A stretch of DNA of 64,000 bases from an uncultured Verrucomicrobiota bacterium (GCA_964654645.1 CAZZJO010000010.1:65051-129050); one strand, 5' to 3'. Counted from the first letter of the stretch, positions 46,294-58,215 are shown. The notes: generated from the sequence alone by a model not told the origin. Numbers and translations: made by a program.

Positions 46294-47901
46294 ATGCAGA
46301 ATCCTCACATGCCTCCACATTATGCATTTAGGAGTTGCGGTATCCCAAACCGATTTTCCGTTAAAAAGTGGCGGGCTCGGGTTATTCCAAAAGCAACCCA
46401 GATCTACCATTTCTGCGATGCCGCGACCGGTATGATACTTGTGTTTATGATTTTCTTCAGTCCGTGGGCGTTTGGCACAACAGAAAGTTGGTCCGCCAAT
46501 ATTATGAACGCATGTGGGTTTTTCATTGGATTAGCCTGGCTATTGAAAATCGTGGTACGGGAATGGGTCGGTTATAAGCCTCTTCGATGGGACCTTCCCC
46601 CTGGCTCATGGTCAAACCCAGGTTACTCCCTAGTTACCGGGTATAAGATTTCCAAATGGGTTAAGTCTATTTTGGGTCTGTTAAGCCTATTCATTATTGC
46701 ATTTCATTTGGTGGCCGTGCTCAATGCTGCCGCGGTTTATTTTCCAGAGGAATATAGGTTTGTATACAAAACGCACATAAAATGGCTCCCACACAGTTAT
46801 GATAAAAATAGTAGCCTAAACGCATTTTTGCGGTGCGTTGCACTAGTTTTGTCGTTCTGGGGTATAAGCGACTGGGTAATGGGCATGTCAAAAAAAGAGG
46901 AGCAGAGTTATGGAAGAGGCAATTTATACCTGCCCCGATATGGGCTACCAGAAAGGGTGCGGAGAGTTATTTGGATATTAGCCACTAATGGCTTACTCCT
47001 AGCAATCGAGGGCGCAATTCAACGAGCTCTAAACTCTCCTAAACTTCTGTTCATGGTAACGCCAACTGTTCATTCTTTCACAGAGGCGGTATTTGGCCCG
47101 TTTGCCTATAGGTCCAACGCGGCCCAATACTTGAACTTAATTTGGCCCGTGGCATTAGGCATGTGGTGGGTTTATCACAGAATCCGTGGGGCATATCGGA
47201 CGTCCCACCACTACTTACTTTTTGCAGCTGCAGTGATGTGCGCAGCGGTATTCATTACTGGCAGCCGCGGCGGATTTCTTGTTGCAGTAATGATATTAAC
47301 CACCACACTGCTTGTTCTAGGGAGTTCCTTTGTTGTGCTAATTATAAAGAAGCGGATCTCAATGTACTCAGGATCACTTGCATTATGGCTTATAGCAGGG
47401 TTTGTAGCTGCTGTGTGTTTTATTGGTGGGGGGCTTGGCTGGAAAGTTCTTTGGCCCCGTCTTTTACAAATTGAAGACGGATTTGCAAACCGTGCGGAGT
47501 TTACCCGCTTAGCAAAACCCCTTGCACATGATTTCCCGCTGTTTGGTACCGGGCCCGGAACGTTCGAGCATGTTTTCCAATTCTACCGCCCGAGCCCAGA
47601 CACCTATTGGCCCGCACAACTTCACAATGACTGGCTTGAGCTACGCGTTACAATGGGCTTGGTAGGTATAATTCCAGTGGTAGCAGGGTTGATATTGATT
47701 TTCCTGCGTTGGTTTTTACCAGGGCCAATTAGAGTTGGATGGCGGTTTGTCCTGTTTATCTGGTTGGCACTAACCGGCTGTATAATCCACGCCCGGTTTG
47801 ATTTTCCATTTCAAATTTACTCGGTGCTTTTTGTGTTTGTGATTTGGTGTGCGATATTAAACAATCTTGGTCGGACCAGTTACCGGGCTATTTGCACCTA
47901 G
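46294..47901 (+). CDS. O-antigen ligase / Wzy_C-family polytopic membrane protein
   Basis: At least 10 hydrophobic segments. 'FITGSRGGFLVAVMILTTTL' is the typical SRG-containing loop region. 'FGTGPGTFEHVF'. The first ATG is at 46294 (track TTG at 46282). Confidence 0.65.
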   Translation: MQNPHMPPHYAFRSCGIPNRFSVKKWRARVIPKATQIYHFCDAATGMILVFMIFFSPWAFGTTESWSANIMNACGFFIGLAWLLKIVVREWVGYKPLRWDLPPGSWSNPGYSLVTGYKISKWVKSILGLLSLFIIAFHLVAVLNAAAVYFPEEYRFVYKTHIKWLPHSYDKNSSLNAFLRCVALVLSFWGISDWVMGMSKKEEQSYGRGNLYLPRYGLPERVRRVIWILATNGLLLAIEGAIQRALNSPKLLFMVTPTVHSFTEAVFGPFAYRSNAAQYLNLIWPVALGMWWVYHRIRGAYRTSHHYLLFAAAVMCAAVFITGSRGGFLVAVMILTTTLLVLGSSFVVLIIKKRISMYSGSLALWLIAGFVAAVCFIGGGLGWKVLWPRLLQIEDGFANRAEFTRLAKPLAHDFPLFGTGPGTFEHVFQFYRPSPDTYWPAQLHNDWLELRVTMGLVGIIPVVAGLILIFLRWFLPGPIRVGWRFVLFIWLALTGCIIHARFDFPFQIYSVLFVFVIWCAILNNLGRTSYRAICT

Positions 47902-47921
47902 CACACAAGTCTCCACTTTTC

Positions 47922-50054
47922 TTACGATTTCGGTGCAGCAGTTTGATAATAATCCCGGTATTTGCGGTAGTAGTAATGGTAGCCTCCCATGGTAGGGCGC
48001 AATGCATTCAATACCAACCCCAGGATTTTGGTCCCCCGAACGTTTAGCTGATCCAGAGCTGCTTTTGCAAGGCGTGCTGATGTTGTTTCGGAACGCAAAA
48101 CGAAAATTACCCCATCCATTTTCGGTCCCAAGCTAGCTGCGTCATCGCTAACCAAAACAGGGACAGAATCAAACACTACAAATTCGAACTGTTCTGAGGC
48201 CTGTTGGAGAAATGAGTCACACCGGTCACTCAAAAACAATTCACTAGCATTCAATACTGACTCACCCCTCGGGATGAACCACAGATTTTGATAAGGTGTT
48301 GCAACAATCGCAGTATCCCACTGTTCTGGTCTGCATAAGACGTGCGAAAGTCCAGGGGTTGGTTCCACGCCAATCCAATCGTGAAGTCGCCCTTTTCGAA
48401 GATCTGCATCTACCAGCAAAACCTTTGCATTGGCCATAGCAAGCGTAATGGCAAGATTTGTGGCCGTTACAGATTTGCCCTCTCCTGGCAATGAACTGGT
48501 AACAAGGATGGTTTTTATCGGGCGATTACGTGTTTGGTAAATAATTGCTGAGCGGACCGTCCTATACGCTTCTATAAACGCTTGCCGGTCATCATTAACC
48601 GTGATTATCTCACCAGAATCCCCTTTTGTACGAAAGTACTTCCGATTTGGGATTTGACCCAAGAGCGGCTCGGAAAAATTGTTTACCACGTCAGAATACG
48701 AGCAAATCTTGTCATCAACTCGTTCTAATATCATAATCAGTAGGATCCCCAACAACAATCCCCCGGCCGCACCAAAACCAGCGTGAAAACCTATCCCAAA
48801 CCGTGCTGGTTTAGCTTCAGAGGCATCTTCCAAAATGGTAACACTTTCAGGGGTGATCTTTAGATTTACATCTAAGTTCTGTATAGTAGCCAACAACCTA
48901 TCATAAAGCACCTGGACTCGTTGAAGGTTATTTTTAATGCGCTGGTACTCGACCATTTTACCATTTACCTCGAGCGCTTTAGCATTAGCCTCCGCGGCCT
49001 CTTTCTCTAAATTTTTCAATTGAATCGCCAATGAATTTTTTCTGCTTTCAAGCTGTTCTAGTCCTTGTTGCTTGTATATTTCCAGTAAACGCTCTCTTCT
49101 GCTTATTTCTTCAGCAAGTGCAACCATTTTGGGATGTTTGGGGCGGAGGTATTGTCCGAGGTCAATTTGTTCAGCTTTTAAAAGCAACAATTGCTGTTTC
49201 ACTTTCAAATACCCAGCGCTAACGCTGTCTTCTATTCGAACAGCTCGTTGCCCCATCAATTGATCGGTGATTAATGGAGTTTGTTCCCCAGTCAATATAT
49301 CAAGAAATCCCGCATTTTCAGTAAGTGTACTCAGGAGGTCGTACTCAGATTTTAGGCTCGTAATCCGTTGGTTTAACTGGGCCAGGTAAGCCCCGATTGC
49401 ATTCCCTTGCTCTTGCAAGAAAACAATATCGTTACTTTTCTGAAATTCCGCGAGCTCGGCTTCGTACTGTCTCAACTCTTTCTCTAATCTCAAAACCTCC
49501 TCTGTCATTCCAGCGAGCGTGACATCTGAAGTCCGACCGACCATTTCGCGTTTAAGATTGATAAATTCCTCCATACAAGCCTGCAAAAATGCTTGTACAA
49601 ATTTCGGGTCACGGCCTTTCGCCTGGAGAACAAACACTGAAGCACGGGGAACAATCGTCACCTTAATTTTTGGGGGTTCTTTTTCATTTATTCCTGTTTG
49701 CGCGACAGCATGATCAAAAGCTCGCTGGATGACCCTGGGACTTTCCATTAGTGCAGCTTGAGTGCCAAGGAAGTTCCCAAGCTCCTCCGAATAAGCTGAG
49801 CCTTCCGGAATGGTCAGTTTAACGTTTACTATCATCCGACCTTCAGACACATACTTTGGTGGGGAAAGATACACAAATGCCACTCCCCCTAAACATCCCG
49901 CTATCACCATCAATAAAAGGATCCACCACCGTAACATCAGTACCCGTCTGGTGTATCCCAACAACTCCGCCAAATAATCTTTACGCGGGTAGTCGGGATA
50001 CTGGTGAGGATAAGGATAATAATTTGGTGAAAGTGTAGATTGTCCATTTACCAT
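47922..50054 (-). CDS. Polysaccharide co-polymerase / tyrosine autokinase (Wzc/GumC/EpsB-like)
   Basis: N-terminal Wzz-like TM segment, a long coiled-coil periplasmic region, a second TM segment, and a C-terminal P-loop 'SSLPGEGKSVTATNLAITLAMANAKVLLVDADLRKG'. Confidence 0.85.
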   Translation of the reverse strand: MVNGQSTLSPNYYPYPHQYPDYPRKDYLAELLGYTRRVLMLRWWILLLMVIAGCLGGVAFVYLSPPKYVSEGRMIVNVKLTIPEGSAYSEELGNFLGTQAALMESPRVIQRAFDHAVAQTGINEKEPPKIKVTIVPRASVFVLQAKGRDPKFVQAFLQACMEEFINLKREMVGRTSDVTLAGMTEEVLRLEKELRQYEAELAEFQKSNDIVFLQEQGNAIGAYLAQLNQRITSLKSEYDLLSTLTENAGFLDILTGEQTPLITDQLMGQRAVRIEDSVSAGYLKVKQQLLLLKAEQIDLGQYLRPKHPKMVALAEEISRRERLLEIYKQQGLEQLESRKNSLAIQLKNLEKEAAEANAKALEVNGKMVEYQRIKNNLQRVQVLYDRLLATIQNLDVNLKITPESVTILEDASEAKPARFGIGFHAGFGAAGGLLLGILLIMILERVDDKICSYSDVVNNFSEPLLGQIPNRKYFRTKGDSGEIITVNDDRQAFIEAYRTVRSAIIYQTRNRPIKTILVTSSLPGEGKSVTATNLAITLAMANAKVLLVDADLRKGRLHDWIGVEPTPGLSHVLCRPEQWDTAIVATPYQNLWFIPRGESVLNASELFLSDRCDSFLQQASEQFEFVVFDSVPVLVSDDAASLGPKMDGVIFVLRSETTSARLAKAALDQLNVRGTKILGLVLNALRPTMGGYHYYYRKYRDYYQTAAPKS

Positions 50055-50069
50055 ACCCAACCCGGGCGT

Positions 50070-50765
50070 TTAAAAGTTAATCAGCCTAGAAGGCACTACC
50101 ACAATATCATCAGGTTCTAGCGGCACGTCTTTTTCCGTCTTCCCTTGTTCCAGGATTTCAGCCATATTAAGTTCGATTATTCTTTTGCCTTCGGGTGCAT
50201 TTGCTTTTATCACCCGCACTTTTTTCTTGTTCGCGAAATCAGTGAATCCACCTGCCCGTAGGATTGCTTTTCCAGCGGTTAAATTTTCTTGAACGAACAT
50301 ATCAATTGCCCCCTGGTTTCGGACCTCGCCCCAAACATAGACACGGCCTAGCCATTTATTTGCAGACTCGAGGGCAATTATGACAGTAGCCCTATAATAT
50401 AACTCCTTTTCCAGTTGTGCTTTGATTTCCTCACTAAGTTGCTTACAGGTTTTTCCTGCGGCGGCTACCCTTCCAAGGTAGGGGATGTCAAGTTCACCGT
50501 TATCCGCTACAACCAATATTTTTGGATCCTCTCTATCCTCTATGACTTGGTAACTAACTTTATCTCCAGCTCGGAGCTTATATTTATCGTCGGGTACATA
50601 CCAAAGCATTATCCGGCCAGTATTTGTGTGCTGTATACGAAGTGGCATCTCTGGCGAATCCACTAAGCCCCACTTTCGGTTGGTTTGGATTTGCCCCCAG
50701 GTCCAACCGATCATCATCCACACCAAGAAAACACTTATACAACAAATGGATGATGCCGTGCGCAT
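50070..50765 (-). CDS. Polysaccharide export protein (Wza-like, Poly_export + SLBB)
   Basis: Signal peptide. 'LRAGDKVSYQVIEDRE...VADNGELDIPYLGRVAAAGKTCKQLSEEIKAQL', 'VYVWGEVRNQG' and 'LTAGKAILRAGGFT'. Confidence 0.8.
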   Translation of the reverse strand: MRTASSICCISVFLVWMMIGWTWGQIQTNRKWGLVDSPEMPLRIQHTNTGRIMLWYVPDDKYKLRAGDKVSYQVIEDREDPKILVVADNGELDIPYLGRVAAAGKTCKQLSEEIKAQLEKELYYRATVIIALESANKWLGRVYVWGEVRNQGAIDMFVQENLTAGKAILRAGGFTDFANKKKVRVIKANAPEGKRIIELNMAEILEQGKTEKDVPLEPDDIVVVPSRLINF

Positions 50766-50773
50766 ACGACAAG

Positions 50774-52075
50774 CTAAAACCGGTAATCAATATTAATTGT
50801 AAATCTGTTCACTTGATATTTCCAGGTGGCTGTTTCTGGACTACGACTCAAATATTCCCATCCCACTCTGCCCTCGACTCTTTTTGCTACTCTCCTGGTA
50901 ATGAACACCCCTACCTGAATGCGGTCGAAAGTTTCCCCCTCTAGCGCTAAACCATACACATTGTATAACCAGCGGCCGTGCTCGAAAGAAAGAGGCGTAG
51001 TGATTGCTATGTCTTTAATAACCCTCCAGCGAGGGCGTAGGTGCACAAACCAAGTTTCATATGTACTACCATAAAAGGAAACGTTTACAACGCGTCCCAT
51101 GGTAGCTTCATAACTCAAAAGCTTATTGACTCTATGGCGCAGCACTATATCGGCGTAGACTGTATCACGCTCAGAATAAACCATAAAGGTCTGGTCCTTT
51201 TCGGGACAATACTTTGTATAACCGGCATGAAATTGTATTTTAAAATTGGGGTCCATAATTAGGTTGTAATAAGCACCTAAATGCCACTGGTCAGCATCCG
51301 GAATAGTTGGATCCTCAAACTGTATTAAGCTAAACCCTCCCTCAAACCCGACTTCCATATCAGGTCGGAACCTCAATCCAGCTGAGCAATACCAAGAGTC
51401 CACATTCGCATCCGACCCCACCCATAAAGCTTCGCCCTCGGTGTCATACATAACGTGGTCGTATCCCCCACAAACCACAAGCTTATTTAAATCACCTAAT
51501 ACAGAGATGCCCGACGCGTTATCCAAGAGTCGGTACTTACCTGTACCGACGACTGTAGGATTCTCATAAGCGGCCTCCGTGATTGAGAGCCTATCATGAA
51601 TGTTAAACATAAAATCGCCCACGTATACATCCCAAGAGAACTCTGATCCAGGCCGCACAAAGAACCGACTTAAATCGTTATACTCAAGATACTGACGGTA
51701 CCCTCCCTCAAAACTCAAATTAAGTGCGTTTCTTTCAGTAATGGGCCAAAGCATTCGTACCCCTCCATATGTACTACCAATCCAGTCACCCACCCTATTC
51801 GTAGCGCGAAGGAAGACATTGTCGTCATATTCACCCCCAACACCCAAATTAACCCGCCAATATGTCGGGCCCAGTTCCAAATTATAAAAATGTGGGGTTA
51901 GCAACGACAAACGACGCATTTCTGCAGCAGCTGCGCCTGCCATTGAAAGGCGAAGCGCCTCCTGGGCCCGGAGATCAGCCCCCCTCACAACAATTACCCC
52001 CACTGTGAAGAGACACAGGACTCTGCGCAGTAAATTAAGTAACCATTGCAAAGTTTTACTGCTTTTCTCCGCCAT
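50774..52075 (-). CDS. Outer-membrane beta-barrel protein of the EPS export locus (EpsL-like?)
   Basis: Signal peptide 'VLCLFTVGVIVVRGADLRAQE'. Alternating aromatic/hydrophilic beta-strand pattern throughout. C-terminal 'FTINIDYRF' with a terminal Phe. Confidence 0.7.
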   Translation of the reverse strand: MAEKSSKTLQWLLNLLRRVLCLFTVGVIVVRGADLRAQEALRLSMAGAAAAEMRRLSLLTPHFYNLELGPTYWRVNLGVGGEYDDNVFLRATNRVGDWIGSTYGGVRMLWPITERNALNLSFEGGYRQYLEYNDLSRFFVRPGSEFSWDVYVGDFMFNIHDRLSITEAAYENPTVVGTGKYRLLDNASGISVLGDLNKLVVCGGYDHVMYDTEGEALWVGSDANVDSWYCSAGLRFRPDMEVGFEGGFSLIQFEDPTIPDADQWHLGAYYNLIMDPNFKIQFHAGYTKYCPEKDQTFMVYSERDTVYADIVLRHRVNKLLSYEATMGRVVNVSFYGSTYETWFVHLRPRWRVIKDIAITTPLSFEHGRWLYNVYGLALEGETFDRIQVGVFITRRVAKRVEGRVGWEYLSRSPETATWKYQVNRFTINIDYRF

Positions 52076-52692
52076 GCATTCAATATTGGCGACCTAGAAT
52101 GGCCTAATTTATAATGCAATCAAAGCAAAATATTTACGCACCCTAACCATTTTATTTAATCCGGTTTCCAAAACTTTAATTTCGCAATTCAACACAATCT
52201 TATTTAAACGACTCCTCACCGGTGACGCTCCCACCGGGCTCCAATTTATAAGCGCACAACTCATTCTATGCTATGTCCACAATTCAAATATTTTTTCCAT
52301 TGTAGCAAACTAAAGTTTCGGTAACCAGTTTTTGTTCGCCACGATCGGACAAAAGCTAAACGGATATATCCTGGGTATCTTTGTAACACGTACACTGAGA
52401 GTTTATCGATACACGTTTTTCGTAAGATCCGGATTGTCTGAACCTTGTATTAGTTTGCTACAGGTGTGAATCCAATGGAGCTAAGCCGTTAAAGTCTGCC
52501 TGCGATTAAGGCTTAATAGACCTTTGGGCTCTGCCTCCAAGTATTGCCAGGGAAATCAAATAATGTGGTTGTAAACGAGGTTTGCCAAGCCCATTCTAAA
52601 GTGTAACTTTTTTCCTAGTGGTGAATCTAACCGAAATGAGCTGCGGTTTTGTGGGATGTGCATCCCATAAAAACGCACGGAGAACAAAACCC

Positions 52693-52710
52693 GGAAATTA
52701 TAATCAATGG
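52693..52710 (+). promoter_or_regulatory. AT-rich box GGAAATTATAATCAATGG upstream of the peroxiredoxin gene; candidate peroxide-regulon operator (see 19571-19585)
   Basis: CCGGAAATTATAATCAATGGAGACTATG is closely similar to the sequence upstream of rbr. It contains a TTATAAT half-site like PerR/Fur boxes. Confidence 0.3.
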
Positions 52711-52715
52711 AGACT

Positions 52716-53450
52716 ATGAACACGACTGAACCTATGAACAATGTAGTCCAGCCTCAAAGGATACCATTAATCGGCGAACCAGCGCCTTCATTCAAAGCGG
52801 TTACAACCCAGGGTATAATTGAATTTCCAAAAGATTATCAAGGCAAATGGGTGATACTCTTTAGTCACCCGGCAGATTTTACACCCGTGTGCACGACAGA
52901 GTTCATGACATTTGCTGCAATGGAATCCGAGTTTAAGGCTCTTAACTGTGAGTTGATCGGATTGTCCATCGACAGTAATTACTCCCACATTGCCTGGCTT
53001 AGGACAATTAAAGAAAAAATCAAATACAAGGGGATGGAAGGGGTAGAAGTTAAATTCCCTGTGATTGCCGACTCTAAAATGGAGGTAGCCAGGCTTTACG
53101 GTATGGTTCACCCAGGTGCCAGTGATACCCACGCTGTTCGAGCAGTATTTATAATTGATCCCAAAGGCATAGTTCGTGCAATTCTGTACTATCCTTTGAC
53201 TACAGGCCGAAACTTCAAAGAACTTAAACGCCTGCTTATTGCATTACAAACAGCGGATAAATTTGGATGTGCGACCCCAGCAGATTGGGAACCCGGCGAC
53301 GACGTGATAGTACCTCCACCGGGTTCATGCGGAACGGCCAAAGATCGGGTCGAAAAGCCTGACCCAGACTTCACAGTGATAGATTGGTTTTTTACCCTCA
53401 AGAAGCTGCCAAAGGACAAATTAGGATTACCGCCAGAAGCAAAGGTCTAA
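52716..53450 (+). CDS. Peroxiredoxin (Prx6/1-Cys-like subfamily)
   Basis: 'IGEPAPSFKAVTTQGIIEFPKDYQGKWVILFSHPADFTPVCTTEF' and 'SIDSNYSHIAWL'. The track start is 52707. The ATG at 52716 is preferred because GGAG precedes it and it aligns with the rbr leader. Confidence 0.9.
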   Translation: MNTTEPMNNVVQPQRIPLIGEPAPSFKAVTTQGIIEFPKDYQGKWVILFSHPADFTPVCTTEFMTFAAMESEFKALNCELIGLSIDSNYSHIAWLRTIKEKIKYKGMEGVEVKFPVIADSKMEVARLYGMVHPGASDTHAVRAVFIIDPKGIVRAILYYPLTTGRNFKELKRLLIALQTADKFGCATPADWEPGDDVIVPPPGSCGTAKDRVEKPDPDFTVIDWFFTLKKLPKDKLGLPPEAKV

Positions 53451-53470
53451 CCATTAACCAATCTATCCCC

Positions 53471-53521
53471 AAAAAAGAGTACCCCTACCATGCCCACCTA
53501 ATCGCAGTGGCATGGTAGGGG
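53471..53521. terminator. Strong hairpin between the convergent prx and uppS genes; probable (bidirectional) terminator
   Basis: 13-bp perfect stem CCCCTACCATGCC / GGCATGGTAGGGG (53482-53494 / 53509-53521). The T-run lies on the minus-strand side (A6 at 53471-53476). Confidence 0.55.
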
Positions 53522-53798
53522 GAAAGTGGTGATAATTCGTCAGTGTCATGAATATCCCAATTCACATTTTGTTACGCCCAGCTACAACTTCATATCTGGC
53601 ATCTCGGAATAGGAAGCTAAAAGCCATTCATTCTATTTAGCCCACAGATCCTACACCTACCTACGCCGATAGGGAACCACATTTGCGCGATTGGATGCGC
53701 GTTACCTAAATTATAGAACAAATGTTTTCCCTCTGTATTTACTAAGACGGAACCATCACCCGAAGGCCAAAACCACGTACCAAAGCGAAAAGACAATC

Positions 53799-54551
53799 TT
53801 AATAATCGTTTTCTGAGACAGTTCCGAATCTCCGTTCGCGGCGGGCAAAATCCTCAAGAGCAGCAAAAAAGTGTTCCCTTCTAAAATCAGGCCAAAGCAC
53901 GGGAGTGACGTACAACTCAGTATACGAGATCTGCCACAAAAAGAAGTTACTAATCCGCATTTCACCGCTAGTCCTTATAAGCAAATCCGGGTCTGGCCAC
54001 TCCGAAGTTTGCAAGTGTTTTTTTATTGTTTCCTCCGTAATCTGGGTTGGATCAAGCTCGCCTGCTTTGACTCGAGCAGCAATTTCCCGGACAGCTTCGG
54101 TTATTTCCCACCTTCCGCTGTAACTGAGTGCAAGGATAACTGTCAACCCCGTGTTGCTTTTGGTCCTTTCTATAGTTTCAAGAACCACCTGACGCGTACT
54201 TTCTGGTAGTCGATCAATTTGTCCTATAACAGCAAGCCTAATGTTATTTTTCAAAAGCTCATCGCTTTCGCTTCGTAGATAGTGTTCTAAATATTGCATG
54301 AGCGTATCGACTTCAGTCTTTGGGCGATTCCAATTCTCCGTAGAAAAAGCAAACAAGGTCAAATATTTTATACCCAGTTCTGCGGCGGCTTTCACTATTT
54401 CCTTGGCTGATTGCGCTCCAGCCTTGTGCCCTTCTATTCGAGGCAAATGCCTCTTTTTCGCCCACCGTCCATTGCCATCCATAATGATGGCCACATGCAT
54501 GGGCAAAGCAGCCATCGCCCTCTCAGAAAGTTGAAGCGTGTTACCAGACAT
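53799..54551 (-). CDS. uppS: Isoprenyl transferase (undecaprenyl-diphosphate synthase)
   Basis: 'HVAIIMDGNGRWAKKR', 'LTLFAFSTENWNRP' and 'IRTSGEMRISNFFLWQ'. Confidence 0.95.
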   Translation of the reverse strand: MSGNTLQLSERAMAALPMHVAIIMDGNGRWAKKRHLPRIEGHKAGAQSAKEIVKAAAELGIKYLTLFAFSTENWNRPKTEVDTLMQYLEHYLRSESDELLKNNIRLAVIGQIDRLPESTRQVVLETIERTKSNTGLTVILALSYSGRWEITEAVREIAARVKAGELDPTQITEETIKKHLQTSEWPDPDLLIRTSGEMRISNFFLWQISYTELYVTPVLWPDFRREHFFAALEDFARRERRFGTVSENDY

Positions 54552-54554
54552 TCA

Positions 54555-55874
<1,320 letters not shown>

Positions 55875-55959
55875 TTACCATATGTGCAGTTTGTACCTTT
55901 AAGTTTTGCAATGTAGCTGACATGAGTGCAAATCCAAAGGTATTAGTGGAAAACAAAAC

Positions 55960-57165
55960 TTATCTAGCAAGCTCGAAGATAAACCCCTTGAGGTACTCGG
56001 TTTCGGGGATCATGGGTATTACCGGATGGTCGGGCGCTTGGCTTAACATGGCAACTCGACGCAATATGCATCGCGTATCATAAGCCGCCGCCAAAATCGC
56101 GTCCAAAAACATCTGGCGGTCCACGTGATGGGAACAACAAAAAGTCGCCAAAATACCCCCTGGCTTTAAAAGCTTTAATGCTCGGATGTGTATTTCCTTG
56201 TACCCACGCAATGCGTTAATTACACGTTCACGCGTACGCGTGAAAGATGGTGGGTCTAAAATTATTAGGTCAAACCCAGGTAAAACCGTACTATGCGCGT
56301 CTGTACTAGTACGATCACGTAACCAGTCAAACACATTAGCTACCGCCACGGAACATACATTTTCCACACCGTTAAGCTTGGCATTCTGCATGGCTGCATT
56401 CGCCGCTTCTTCCCTCTGCTCGACCATTAACACAGAAGCCGCACCAGCCTTTGCACAATGGAGGGCAAATCCACCAACAAAACTAAAACAGTCCAATACA
56501 TTGGCTCCTGAGGCGTAACGCGCCACTTCCAAATAATTCAACTGCTGATCCAGATACAAACCAGTCTTGTGCCCTGTGATAAGATCCACCTCGAACTTAA
56601 TATTGTTGATCTCCACCACCAAAGGCCCAAACAACTGTCCATAAAGCACACCAGCCCGCTCAGGAAGATTCTCAAATTTCCTCGCTGTAACATCGCTCCG
56701 CTCCACGATCGCCCGAGGAGAAAACAACCGTTTGAGCACATTAAGAATCATCTCCCGCCGCTGGTCCATTCCAAGAGAAGTAAACTGCACAACGAGAACG
56801 TCACCGTATTTATCCACTATCAAACCACTAAGAAAGTCACCCTCAGAATTAACCACTCGATAACACATTGCACCAGGCATATACCGGTGACGAACAGCTA
56901 GTGCAGCCTTGATTTTTCGCTCGAAAAAAGCCTCATCGATTTCTTCACGTTCATGGGAAAGTACGCGGACGATGATTTTGGACTTTGAGTTATAAAGTCC
57001 AGTCCCCAAAAAGCGTCCACGATGATCTTTTACAAATACGGCAGCACCGTCCTGTAGACCAGCCTCAACCTTTGCAATAGCTCCCTCGAAAACCCAAGGA
57101 TGCCCAGCGACAATTCGGGCTTCCTCACCCTTTTTCAAGACCACTTCCGGCAATTTCCCAGGCAT
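55960..57165 (-). CDS. rlmI: Class I SAM-dependent 23S rRNA (cytosine-C5) methyltransferase, RlmI-like (PUA + MTase)
   Basis: 'LKKGEEARIVAGHPWVFEGAI', 'VLDCFSFVGGFAL' and 'IILDPPSF'. Confidence 0.8.
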   Translation of the reverse strand: MPGKLPEVVLKKGEEARIVAGHPWVFEGAIAKVEAGLQDGAAVFVKDHRGRFLGTGLYNSKSKIIVRVLSHEREEIDEAFFERKIKAALAVRHRYMPGAMCYRVVNSEGDFLSGLIVDKYGDVLVVQFTSLGMDQRREMILNVLKRLFSPRAIVERSDVTARKFENLPERAGVLYGQLFGPLVVEINNIKFEVDLITGHKTGLYLDQQLNYLEVARYASGANVLDCFSFVGGFALHCAKAGAASVLMVEQREEAANAAMQNAKLNGVENVCSVAVANVFDWLRDRTSTDAHSTVLPGFDLIILDPPSFTRTRERVINALRGYKEIHIRALKLLKPGGILATFCCSHHVDRQMFLDAILAAAYDTRCILRRVAMLSQAPDHPVIPMIPETEYLKGFIFELAR

Positions 57166-57203
57166 GTTAACTCCAAAAGAAATGTGGGTGGATGTACACC
57201 CAT

Positions 57204-58175
57204 TTACGTAGTGAGGTACCTGTGCAAACCTAAGAGATACGTATCAAGCGGTTTCTTCTTTGTCCAAGTATCTGGGAACTTCGTAGCCTCCAGCCTGCCA
57301 CTTACCTCACCTGCCATTACCCCTGTTTCCCCCGAAAGGAAGAGTTCCAAAGCAAAAGCGCCTAACTTGGTGGCAAGCGCGCGGTCGATCGCTGTCGGGC
57401 TACCACCGCGTTGTAAATATCCCAAGATTACTACTCGCAATTCATATCCCGTCAACGGCCGAAGCTTTTCAGCTAGTTTCGTGGCACCTCCAGGAAAGAT
57501 CCCTTCAGCCACTACAAGTATACTGCTACGCTTCCCCCGTGCCCGACCTTCCTTCAATCGTTCTGCTACTGCTATCACATCAACAGGTTCCTCAGGCACA
57601 AGGATTTCTTCTGCACCTCCGGTTATTCCAACTAGATGGGCTATATATCCCCCATGCCGTCCCATGACTTCCACCAAAAAGATTCTTTCGTGTGAATCTG
57701 CCGTGTCCCGGATCTTATCAATCGCTTCCATTGCCGTGTTTACTGCCGTGTCAAATCCAATCGTAAAATCCGTACCATATAGGTCATTATCAATAGTACC
57801 AGGGACACCGATAATCTGACCGGGCCAGATTTTCCCCAAAGCCTCGCCACCCTTAAAGGTCCCGTCACCTCCAATCAATATTAACCCCTCAAACCCGTGT
57901 TTTTCCAAGATATCCTTAGCTTTATGCTGGCCTTCCAAAGATTCAAATTCAGGACAGCGAGTGGTTTTAAGGATGGTCCCGCCGCGTTGAATGATGTTTG
58001 AAACATCCCGCGGCCCTAAAGGAACAAAATCCTCCTCTAAAATCCCCCGAAACCCACGTCGAATCCCTATAATCTCTAATCCTCTCGCCCTGCCCACTCG
58101 GACAATGCTTCGTATAGCTGCGTTCATCCCTGGCGCATCACCACCGCTTGTTAATACACCAACCTTCCGATTCAT
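57204..58175 (-). CDS. pfkA: ATP-dependent 6-phosphofructokinase
   Basis: 'VGVLTSGGDAPGMNAAIR', 'IGGDGTFKG', 'GVPGTIDNDL' and 'VEVMGRHGGYIA'. Confidence 0.94.
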   Translation of the reverse strand: MNRKVGVLTSGGDAPGMNAAIRSIVRVGRARGLEIIGIRRGFRGILEEDFVPLGPRDVSNIIQRGGTILKTTRCPEFESLEGQHKAKDILEKHGFEGLILIGGDGTFKGGEALGKIWPGQIIGVPGTIDNDLYGTDFTIGFDTAVNTAMEAIDKIRDTADSHERIFLVEVMGRHGGYIAHLVGITGGAEEILVPEEPVDVIAVAERLKEGRARGKRSSILVVAEGIFPGGATKLAEKLRPLTGYELRVVILGYLQRGGSPTAIDRALATKLGAFALELFLSGETGVMAGEVSGRLEATKFPDTWTKKKPLDTYLLGLHRYLTT

Positions 58176-58215
58176 ACTGCAAAGATAATAGCATTGGCCC
58201 CACCGTAATTACATC

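Noticed and set aside
57100-57819. 239-aa plus-strand ORF
   Set aside because: It is antisense to pfkA and the start of rlmI. Its product is Ser/Pro/Arg-rich and matches no family.
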